A stretch of DNA of 32,000 bases, from the NCBI GenBank assembly GCA_016700135.1, contig CP065004.1:900001-932000 (forward strand). Reading direction: 5' to 3'. A model generated the notes under the pieces. It ran no database searches and was not told where the DNA came from. It saw only the letters and a list, made by a program, of their open reading frames with translations. The stretch's first letter is position 1. Every line of letters begins with the position of its first letter. Shown here piece by piece: positions 7,374 through 15,107 of the stretch. This stretch comes from Candidatus Saccharimonadota bacterium (GTDB lineage: Bacteria > Patescibacteriota > Microgenomatia > UBA1406 > GWC2-37-13). The translations under genes were made by a program, and so were the position numbers.

Positions 7374-8834
7374 TCAATAATATCCGTTATGTCTCGGTTT
7401 GGCCATAAAATCTTCGAATTTTTCATTGAGGATACCGACCAGCTGTTCACAAACTTCAGTATCGCGGAAGGTCCGGTGTGCATGAACCTGACCCATACGC
7501 CGTACATCTTCAAACTCCTGCGGGAACATTGCGGCTCTGAAGATCTGTTCATAGTGACGTGATTGTCTCGGATCAAACATCAAAGCGGTATCAGGTCCGT
7601 TGGTGTCGCGATGTGCAATGATATCCGAAACTGCGACCAGATTCCCCGCTGCCCGTGCCTGTTTTTCGGAAATATTAAAGGTTTCCGAAAATGACGGATA
7701 CACCTGCATACCGAATCCGTGTACCACTTCATGATGCGGAGCCGGAGTAAGCGGCAGTAAAATGTAGTGTTGAAGTTCGGGAGGAAGTGAACGGATCTTT
7801 TCAAGTGTCAGCTGATGACGGTCAATGATTCCGGGTTTGTTGGCAAGTCCTCCGAATGCAACAAATGTGGGCGGTTTTATACTTCCGAATCGGGCATCAT
7901 GCAGAAATTCTGCATAAGCATCAATAAAATCCCAGATACCTTTTTCGTGGTCAAAGCGTCCAATATAGCCGAATAATTGTTCGTCTTCCCCGACTGCCGT
8001 ACGCGGCAGATGTGTCACGCCGTTTTGATGTGCGCGCTGAAGATGCATATTGATATTTGCGACATGTTCCCTACGTTTACTGCCGTTTGTGTCAGGCTCG
8101 AACTGTGAGAGATTGAGAGGAATAGGCAATGTCACAAAACGGTTTTCAGCATCTTCACCTGTCATAAGACCGAATTGCCGGACTGCTTCAACACTTTTTT
8201 TACGTTCTGTTTCGGTCGAAAAAACGACAAGATCCATATCCTGAAGTGTCTCAGCCTGAGCTTCCCACAATTCTTCACCGTATTTCCCCGGATACATTGT
8301 ATTGTATGACTCAGGATCAGTAAGAAGGGTTGTGGCAAGAAGCGGTGAATGGAAACGGGCCACAATCCGTGTATCGTCCCGTGTTCCCGCTTCGCGCTGA
8401 ATGACAGGCTCCAGGTTGGTACTGACGGTGTGATGGGCAAAGATGATATGTTTACCCGGCTTTTGACGGTCAGCAACATGCTGTGCCATCCATTGTTCGT
8501 CACGCTGATATGCCTCGATCATCTCATCCTGTGTCATGATTTCTCCGTCTTCCCTGACGGGTCTGTCATATGCAAGAATGTCATATGGCAGTTCGGGATA
8601 GCCGTCGAATCCGTTTACAGGATGCGGACTGTCAAGATTGTATGTTTTCCAATCAAGCTGGGCATTTACCCTGCTTTCAGTCTCAACAGCAGGTGCGGTA
8701 CCTCCCGTTATCCCGCCCATGCCTGACTTTGCAAAATCGATCACGTCAGAACGTGCGGATATAGCACCCTCATGCATGAGGGAACTGGTACCGTGAATTG
8801 TGTTTAAATTCGCTTCTTTTCCCATAGTTTTCAT
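7374..8834 (-). CDS. GT-B fold glycosyltransferase (GT4/sucrose-phosphate-synthase-like), divergent
   Basis: The C-terminal half has LFGYIGRFDHEKGIWDFIDAY ... VYPSFSETFNISEKQARAAGNLVAVSDI, matching the GT4 pattern (GRxxxxKG ... PSxxExFGxxxxEAxAxGxPV). The N-terminal ~250 aa are not recognisable. Confidence 0.5.
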   Translation of the reverse strand: MKTMGKEANLNTIHGTSSLMHEGAISARSDVIDFAKSGMGGITGGTAPAVETESRVNAQLDWKTYNLDSPHPVNGFDGYPELPYDILAYDRPVREDGEIMTQDEMIEAYQRDEQWMAQHVADRQKPGKHIIFAHHTVSTNLEPVIQREAGTRDDTRIVARFHSPLLATTLLTDPESYNTMYPGKYGEELWEAQAETLQDMDLVVFSTETERKKSVEAVRQFGLMTGEDAENRFVTLPIPLNLSQFEPDTNGSKRREHVANINMHLQRAHQNGVTHLPRTAVGEDEQLFGYIGRFDHEKGIWDFIDAYAEFLHDARFGSIKPPTFVAFGGLANKPGIIDRHQLTLEKIRSLPPELQHYILLPLTPAPHHEVVHGFGMQVYPSFSETFNISEKQARAAGNLVAVSDIIAHRDTNGPDTALMFDPRQSRHYEQIFRAAMFPQEFEDVRRMGQVHAHRTFRDTEVCEQLVGILNEKFEDFMAKPRHNGYY

Positions 8835-8848
8835 ATAGTATCATACTT
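8830..8848. promoter_or_regulatory. candidate operator/promoter motif TTCATATAGTATCATACTT (copy 1)
   Basis: Exact 19-mer also at 19824-19842. Contains the palindrome AGTAT-C-ATACT. Overlaps the start codon (8834-8832) of the GT-B gene in the divergent region 8835-8897. A looser relative, ATTTCATACAATCCGTGCTATACTGT, is at 8865-8890. Confidence 0.35.
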
Positions 8849-8897
8849 ATAAGAAACTGCAAGTATTTCATACAATCCGTGCTATACTGTCAGCCAA

Positions 8898-9977
8898 ATG
8901 AACAAGAGTGAATTTTTTCACACGCAGCCGATTCTCCCCCAAGATTTTGATGTCACAAATTCTTTTGCATTTCAGACATCTGAACAGGCTCGGGATTATT
9001 ATGAACAATGTCTTGTGGAAATTGAAGAAACTCCTACAAATATTGAAAATGAAGGGGCGGATACTCCCCTTATCGAAATTCCGGGTTACGGAGAATTTTC
9101 TATCAGAACGTTCCGGACAGCTGAATTACGAAAGCCTGTCGAAGGACATGTCTCACAAAAAGTACTCCTTGCCTCTCCTCATTGTGATGACGAAGTCATT
9201 GCAACGGGTGCTTTTGCAGTCGCGGCTGCCGCCCGCGGTGATGATGTCCGTGCCCTTGAATTTACGGTCGGCTCTGCCGGACGGATGGATCACGGATTTG
9301 ATGAAAAAAAAGGGAGCGTCGTGCGGCTTGCCGAGACCTTGAGAAGTGCGAAACTCGTCGGTATCAACAGTGTGGATATCCTGGTAAAACCTGACGGGAC
9401 GCCGGGAATGCCTGAATGGTTTTGGGATAATAATGAGATATTACGGCCTCTCGGCGTGGCGATCGGGAGATTGTATGATACGGATATTGTCGCCTATCCT
9501 TTCAATGATCCGGCAGTTGATGCTCATATTGACCACAATGCGACTGCACGGGTGATGGATTTTGCGACAGGCTGGGGTCAGGATCCGGCTTTTCATCCGA
9601 ATATTCCTTTTCGATATGAAAAAAGGGGCAAACCATTACACAAGCTACTCTACAGTGTCTGGTCAGGAGGAAAAAATGTAGAACCGAATTTTTTCGTGCC
9701 GTATGACGTAAACGGACCGATTGCGCAGATCCTTTCAAAAGCAATAACTCTTCACAAAACACAATCGGTACCTTCAGTCGGCGTTGCTGCCCGTTTCGGC
9801 TCGAATTATGCAGCTGCAAAAATACTGCGTGATTATCAGGCGGGACTTTGGAGAGATATCAACAATCCCCATGTCATGGCTCGTGAGATGTACACGGCAG
9901 AACCGCCGTTCCAATTAGAACAGGCGTTTCCCGTAAGTGATGAGGTACTGGCACGGATTGCAGCGAGAATGGATTGA
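8898..9977 (+). CDS. PIG-L/LmbE-family N-deacetylase with ~85-aa N-terminal extension
   Basis: VLLASPHCDDEVIATG matches the (A/S)HPDDE zinc-site motif. The downstream HIDHNAT matches the HxDH motif of LmbE/PIG-L deacetylases. Confidence 0.6.
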   Translation: MNKSEFFHTQPILPQDFDVTNSFAFQTSEQARDYYEQCLVEIEETPTNIENEGADTPLIEIPGYGEFSIRTFRTAELRKPVEGHVSQKVLLASPHCDDEVIATGAFAVAAAARGDDVRALEFTVGSAGRMDHGFDEKKGSVVRLAETLRSAKLVGINSVDILVKPDGTPGMPEWFWDNNEILRPLGVAIGRLYDTDIVAYPFNDPAVDAHIDHNATARVMDFATGWGQDPAFHPNIPFRYEKRGKPLHKLLYSVWSGGKNVEPNFFVPYDVNGPIAQILSKAITLHKTQSVPSVGVAARFGSNYAAAKILRDYQAGLWRDINNPHVMAREMYTAEPPFQLEQAFPVSDEVLARIAARMD

Positions 9978-11051
9978 TTATCCAACCAGTTTTGCAGCTC
10001 CAAAAAGATCACTGTGGAGCACATTTTCATATGATGCTTTATATTCGGGACAAAGCTGTGTGACAAGCTGCTCTACTATCTCTTTGTACTGATTTCCTTT
10101 CCAGTACAAGCTTCCCTGCATGATGAATACCAGATCGCGTTTTGAAAACTCAAGAATTCCTGCAATTTGAGCTGCTACAAGCTCCGCCGAGTGTCTCAAG
10201 ATTTCGCGTGCAAGACCTGAAATATCGGGATTTGCATCTCTGATCAAGGCATCCAGTTCTTTGGTAGATTCAATTTCCCTTACGTCCAAACCTCTCTTTT
10301 TTGCTTCGAAGTTGAAGTGTCTGTAGAGATACGCACCTGAAATTTCTTTTTCATACAAAGCATCTCCCGGAGCGGCTGATTGCTGATCAATATCTTTTCC
10401 GGCCTCGGATTGAGGAAAATTGCTGAATGCTGCTGATTCTAAGTTGACTGTTGTGTGTTCATCAAGGAATATGGCAAAGTTTAAACCAGTACCGACAATA
10501 CCGGCGGAGATGGCATCCCATTCATGGTGGATCAGACCGGAAAGAAGAAGACAAATAGTGTCATTGGCCGCCGAAACACGGATCGTGCGATCATGTTTTT
10601 CAGCCATGTATTTTTCAATTTCTTCTCCGACATTCTGTCCGACCAGTCCTTCAAACGTATTTTCCTTGGAACCTGACTGAAGTGTTCCGTCAAGGATCCC
10701 GTCACGGGAGACAGGAGTCATCGGATAAGCAAAATTCAAAGCTACTACCGTTACTTCAGGATCAATATGTCCTTCGATAAATGTCAGAAGATCCTGTTTT
10801 GATAAAAACGGAGGTTGAGGGCCCTGATCATGTTCAATAATCTGAATATTTCCGTTTATCTTTTTCATTTTGGCTTTTTGATAGAAGCTCCCGCCGATGA
10901 CAAGGGTTTGAAAAATGCCGTTCGGTTCAACTATGGAAGTTGTTGCGAGCTGGTGTCTGATAAAAGGAAGCGAGCTTCCTCCGTTGTCTCTTCCCGTCTC
11001 CAGTTCCTGGACGAAGTTATTTTTGATTTGTGTTAGCTCTTGAATATTCAT
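9978..11051 (-). CDS. hexokinase-family sugar kinase (short bacterial form)
   Basis: LVIGGSFYQKA (cf. LDLGGTNFRV), ALNFAYPM (cf. FTFSFP), VSAANDTICLLL (cf. NDTVGTL) and IVGTGLNFAIF (cf. GTGxNACY). 357 aa. Confidence 0.55.
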   Translation of the reverse strand: MNIQELTQIKNNFVQELETGRDNGGSSLPFIRHQLATTSIVEPNGIFQTLVIGGSFYQKAKMKKINGNIQIIEHDQGPQPPFLSKQDLLTFIEGHIDPEVTVVALNFAYPMTPVSRDGILDGTLQSGSKENTFEGLVGQNVGEEIEKYMAEKHDRTIRVSAANDTICLLLSGLIHHEWDAISAGIVGTGLNFAIFLDEHTTVNLESAAFSNFPQSEAGKDIDQQSAAPGDALYEKEISGAYLYRHFNFEAKKRGLDVREIESTKELDALIRDANPDISGLAREILRHSAELVAAQIAGILEFSKRDLVFIMQGSLYWKGNQYKEIVEQLVTQLCPEYKASYENVLHSDLFGAAKLVG

Positions 11052-11077
11052 AGTGAAATGTAATTAATAGTGGTAAT

Positions 11078-11151
11078 GTCATTCATGTCATTCCGGACTT
11101 GATCCGGAATCCAGAATTAATGCTGGATGCTGAATCGTGGTTGAGCATGAC
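11078..11151 (+). repeat. GTCAT-type palindromic element, copy D, between galM and the hexokinase gene
   Basis: GTCATTC-AT-GTCATTCCGGACTTGATCCGGAATCC. The 25-nt GTCATTCCGGACTTGATCCGGAATC is identical to the left unit of copy B. It is followed by a 12-nt spacer and the inverted, degenerate unit GGATGCTGAATCGTGGTTGAGCATGAC. Confidence 0.75.
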
Positions 11152-11199
11152 AATACACATCATTGAATTTTGCTTCTCGTTATTATACTCTACTGGTAA

Positions 11200-12081
11200 T
11201 TATACGAGTCTGATACCGAACTGATGACTTATGCTTTTACCGGGTTCTAAAGTGATAAGTCCGAGTCCGTTGTTGAATGCATCAGGTGCACAGCTCATAG
11301 GCTCAACTGCGATAGACAGGCGTTCTTCAGGTGTGTAGCTCTGAAAATACTGCATGCTCTCCTCCATCCAAAGTTCGATATTTTCAAACTTCACTGTGTG
11401 ATCAACAAGGTCGGTAAAGCAGGTATCAAGCTGAGTCGCTCCGATTGTTTTCAGTTCCGGTCCGAACTCATTTTCCAGCAGTTTTCCGGTCGGGATAAGC
11501 TCTTTATCCGTCCGGACTTCCATGATTTTTTTGGCCGGAATCCTGAGTTTGCAGTCATCGATTTTTTTTCCTGCAGTCAGATACGGATGCCAGCCGATCC
11601 CGTAAGGAGCATTGGTTGTGCCGGTATTTTTTGCCGTTATTTCAATATCGAGAGCGGTTTCTTTCAATGTAAATGTCAAGGTCATCTCAAGATCAAACGG
11701 ATATCCCTGAAACTCCCCTTTGATAAACGTCGTGCGGAATACTGCAACGGTACTCTCCGCTCTTTCATCCTGTGATACGAGTTCACATGCTTTTTTCATC
11801 AGAAAACCGTGAAGGGCATGGCCGCGGGCCGTTTCGTTCGGATATAGTTGGTACGTCTCCCCTTCAAATGTATAGATCCCGTCACAGACTCTGTTCGGGA
11901 AAGGTGCCAGGAAATCTCCTTTACAAATATAGTCTTCTTTTAAAAGCTCTTCCGTTTCGTTTCCGTCAAGCACTTTTTGTCCATTGAGAATGAGGATATT
12001 GGGATTGCAGCCGTACTTTGGTGCAAGCTGAAGTTTGGAGTTTTTGTATGTTACTACATGAAAATCATCCATGAAGATCAT
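11200..12081 (-). CDS. galM: aldose 1-epimerase family protein
   Basis: LAPFPNRVCDGIYTFEGETYQL, GHALHGF, FQGYPFDLEMTLTFTL and NAPYGIGWHPYL match the aldose-1-epimerase pattern. The start could instead be the ATG at 12072. Confidence 0.75.
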   Translation of the reverse strand: MIFMDDFHVVTYKNSKLQLAPKYGCNPNILILNGQKVLDGNETEELLKEDYICKGDFLAPFPNRVCDGIYTFEGETYQLYPNETARGHALHGFLMKKACELVSQDERAESTVAVFRTTFIKGEFQGYPFDLEMTLTFTLKETALDIEITAKNTGTTNAPYGIGWHPYLTAGKKIDDCKLRIPAKKIMEVRTDKELIPTGKLLENEFGPELKTIGATQLDTCFTDLVDHTVKFENIELWMEESMQYFQSYTPEERLSIAVEPMSCAPDAFNNGLGLITLEPGKSISHQFGIRLV

Positions 12082-12096
12082 TTTATCATATCTGAT

Positions 12097-12657
12097 ATGA
12101 AATCTTTTGACTATTCATTTTTTTTGTCGTATAGTTTTAGCAGTTTATTCTCAAATATGGTTGATTCTCCCGAAGGTATAATTGTGCGTCCTGACAGTAA
12201 AATTATTGTCCCCCGTGTTGTTGCAGAACAGGATTATTTTGGTCTTCTCAATAAATGTAAAGCTTCAGGATTTGCTGACGTGAATATGGGAAGTATCTCC
12301 AAGGATCCGTTCACTCCAGCTCTCACATTCGGTGCAAATCCTTGTTTTGCCGGTGTCACATACACGAAAGACGGAAAAGGAATGTATGTATTTCATTCCG
12401 ATGAACGGATTTTCCCGCCGGAACTGGAAGGTCTTATAAAAAAAGGGATAGTTCATGGAGGGATTGTCGGAGGGTCTCCTGCAAGTTATAAACGTTCTGA
12501 GAATATGGAACTGCTCCAGCAGATTGCCGTTCAGCTTGTCCCCCCGCCTGAAGATGATTTTCAGGCATCATTTGCTGTGGCAGCAAACCCTGCAGAGAAT
12601 ACCGTTTACTATTCTTATAATTCGAGACTATACAGACTGCAGAATACCCAAAAGTGA
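12097..12657 (+). CDS. hypothetical protein (orphan)
   Basis: The track ORF 11977..12657 overlaps the galM 5' end, so I trimmed it to the ATG at 12097 (an alternative ATG is at 12157). No recognisable motif. It sits directly upstream of galK on the same strand. Confidence 0.4.
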   Translation: MKSFDYSFFLSYSFSSLFSNMVDSPEGIIVRPDSKIIVPRVVAEQDYFGLLNKCKASGFADVNMGSISKDPFTPALTFGANPCFAGVTYTKDGKGMYVFHSDERIFPPELEGLIKKGIVHGGIVGGSPASYKRSENMELLQQIAVQLVPPPEDDFQASFAVAANPAENTVYYSYNSRLYRLQNTQK

Positions 12658-12691
12658 TTGTCATATCAATATTTAACAATTATTTCACTCT

Positions 12692-13891
12692 ATGAATAAC
12701 GTTGATCAGGCAAAACAAACATTTAAGACTCTCTACGGCAAAGACCCTGAAGTCATCTCTCAGGCACCGGGACGGGCGGAAATTATCGGTAATCATACGG
12801 ATTACAACAGCGGATATGCACTTTCTGCCGCTATCGCAAGAAAAACGGTCACTATGCTTGCCAGACGGGATGACCGCATGATCCGTGTCGCATCAGCAGG
12901 ATATGCTGAAGAACCGGCTGAGTTTTCACTTGACGGGATGCAAAAGGGTGAGCACGGCAACTGGCTAAACTACATCAAAGGCGTACTCCGTGAAATTATA
13001 AAGGTGAGGCCTGATCTACCGGGTATGGATATCCTCATTGACAGTGATGTTCCGAGTTCAGGCGGTGTTTCAAGCTCCGCCGCACTTGAGCTGTCTCTTG
13101 CGACGGGCATAATGCATCTGACAGGCATCGAGATGGATCCGGTGAAGAAAGCTCATATGTGTCAGAAAGCAGAAAACGGTGATCTCATCGGCATTCCCTG
13201 CGGCTTCTTGGATCAGGCATCCTCGGGATTATGTCAGAAAGATCATTTATTATTCCTAGATTTTCAGCCGAAAGGAGATATGCCCATCTCAGACATGAAG
13301 CAAATCCCTGCAGACTTGTCTGCCTACGACATGACATTTGTCGTAATCGTTGATAAGGATGTAAAACGCAATCTCGGTACCAGCGGATATCCTGCACGTC
13401 GTGCACAGTGTGAAAAAAGCGTACCGATTCTTGCTAAAATGCTCGGAAAAGAAGTCAGTTCACTTCGTGATGTGAGTGTCCAGGAGTTTGAAAGCTGTAA
13501 AGATAAACTTGAAGAAACCGATTCTGAGATGAGAATGCGTGTGGAGCACATCGTATATGAAAATCAGCGTGTTCTTGATGCCGTGCACGCTCTTGAAAAC
13601 GGTGAAATGGAGCGGTTCGGTGAGATCCTGACAGCGTCGGGAAAAAGTGCTCTGGAGTTGTATGAACTCGATGCTGAGACGCCTGAACTGACAAAACTTG
13701 TTACTGAGGGAAGAATGATTGAAGGAGTCATAGGTATGCGCAATATGGGAGGCGGATTTTCAGCCATTGCTCTTGCACTGGTCCGCAATGATCACATGGA
13801 CTCATTTCAGCAGAAACTGAATACATCATACGGCCCGGGACTCGAATACATCCCGTTCCTGCCGTCAGAAGGCGCAGGAATTGTCGTTTGA
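12692..13891 (+). CDS. galK: galactokinase-family GHMP sugar-1-kinase
   Basis: APGRAEIIGNHTDYNSGYAL matches the galactokinase signature (GRxNLIGEHxDY). PSSGGVSSSAALE matches the GHMP ATP-binding motif. 399 aa. Confidence 0.8.
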   Translation: MNNVDQAKQTFKTLYGKDPEVISQAPGRAEIIGNHTDYNSGYALSAAIARKTVTMLARRDDRMIRVASAGYAEEPAEFSLDGMQKGEHGNWLNYIKGVLREIIKVRPDLPGMDILIDSDVPSSGGVSSSAALELSLATGIMHLTGIEMDPVKKAHMCQKAENGDLIGIPCGFLDQASSGLCQKDHLLFLDFQPKGDMPISDMKQIPADLSAYDMTFVVIVDKDVKRNLGTSGYPARRAQCEKSVPILAKMLGKEVSSLRDVSVQEFESCKDKLEETDSEMRMRVEHIVYENQRVLDAVHALENGEMERFGEILTASGKSALELYELDAETPELTKLVTEGRMIEGVIGMRNMGGGFSAIALALVRNDHMDSFQQKLNTSYGPGLEYIPFLPSEGAGIVV

Positions 13892-13892
13892 G

Positions 13893-15107
13893 TTATTCCA
13901 GCACAAAATCAAGATATACTCCGTTGGTCCACCCGAAACCGCGTCTCCGCGGTGTTTTGGAGATCACGTCAGATTTGATATCGGCGACATTGTACTTTTC
14001 ATAAAAACATCCGTCTTTTTTGTACCAATAGTCGCATAATGCCACCCATTTGCTTTTAACGGTTTCTGCCTCTTTTTCAAATCCGTATTTCTTCATGCCG
14101 TGGTATGCGATAAACATGAGCGGAGCCCAACCGTTCGGATAATCCCACTGATTGATATATGATGCTTTTTTGTCTACTTTCTGAGTGATTGCCAGACCGC
14201 CTTCTGCATCAAGGCTTTTCAGAAGTTTCCTCACTGTTCTTTCGGCCTGTTCTTCTGTCGCAATTCCGGCATAGAGCGGATAAAACGACGCTGATGACAG
14301 GAATCCTGTCTGCTTTTTATTTTCAACATCATAGTCGTAAAACACCCCGTCTTTCTCATTCCAGCAGTATTCATTTATCAGTTTTTTCCTATGCTGCTTT
14401 TTCTTTTTCCATGATTGTGATGCTTTGGTATCCCCTGTCTCTTTGTGATACCACTCAAAAAATTCTTCGTATAGATACAGTTGCGAATTCAGATCAATCG
14501 GATTTATGGACATACAGCGATTCAAAAATCTGCTCGTTGTGTCCCAGCCGGATTCGTATTCCGCAAAAATATGCAGGTCACCGTGAATATCCCAGTGACG
14601 TGAAAGACCTGTTTCTGTACGGTAATTGGCGTTTCGGATATCATCTGAGGTCCACATGTCGTTGTATTCCTTTTCGGCAGCTTGTACTGCTTTTTGTATC
14701 CAGGGAGCTTTGATATCTTTCGAATACACCCTCAGATACTCTTTGATCGTAAGTGCAAAGTACGGTGACTGAGAGCGTGACAGCGAATAATATGCGTTGT
14801 TGTTCGGGATACGACCGAAACGCTCTATTTCGTAAGTGAAATTTTGTATGATTCCTTTCGCAAGCTTTTTTCCTTCTTTAAATTTCAGAAGTCCGACAAC
14901 CATAAAGAACGTGTCCCAGTAGAAAAATTCCGTAAAAAAATCACAGTCAGGGACAAGATACGGATGCGGTAACCCGAACTGCAGGCCGTGATCCTTTTTA
15001 TTGGTTAAAATGCTTTTACCGTAATATTTTCGGATATACTCAATCTGTTGTTGTTTGTCTTTCGGGACTGATTTCCGGTTGATCAGATTCAGAGTGATTT
15101 GTTTCAT
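13893..15107 (-). CDS. alpha,alpha-trehalase-like glycoside hydrolase (GH37)
   Basis: FTEFFYWDTFFM (trehalase signature 1 region), ESGWDTTSRF, and QWDYPNGWAPL (trehalase signature 2, QWDxPxGWAP). Confidence 0.75.
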   Translation of the reverse strand: MKQITLNLINRKSVPKDKQQQIEYIRKYYGKSILTNKKDHGLQFGLPHPYLVPDCDFFTEFFYWDTFFMVVGLLKFKEGKKLAKGIIQNFTYEIERFGRIPNNNAYYSLSRSQSPYFALTIKEYLRVYSKDIKAPWIQKAVQAAEKEYNDMWTSDDIRNANYRTETGLSRHWDIHGDLHIFAEYESGWDTTSRFLNRCMSINPIDLNSQLYLYEEFFEWYHKETGDTKASQSWKKKKQHRKKLINEYCWNEKDGVFYDYDVENKKQTGFLSSASFYPLYAGIATEEQAERTVRKLLKSLDAEGGLAITQKVDKKASYINQWDYPNGWAPLMFIAYHGMKKYGFEKEAETVKSKWVALCDYWYKKDGCFYEKYNVADIKSDVISKTPRRRGFGWTNGVYLDFVLE

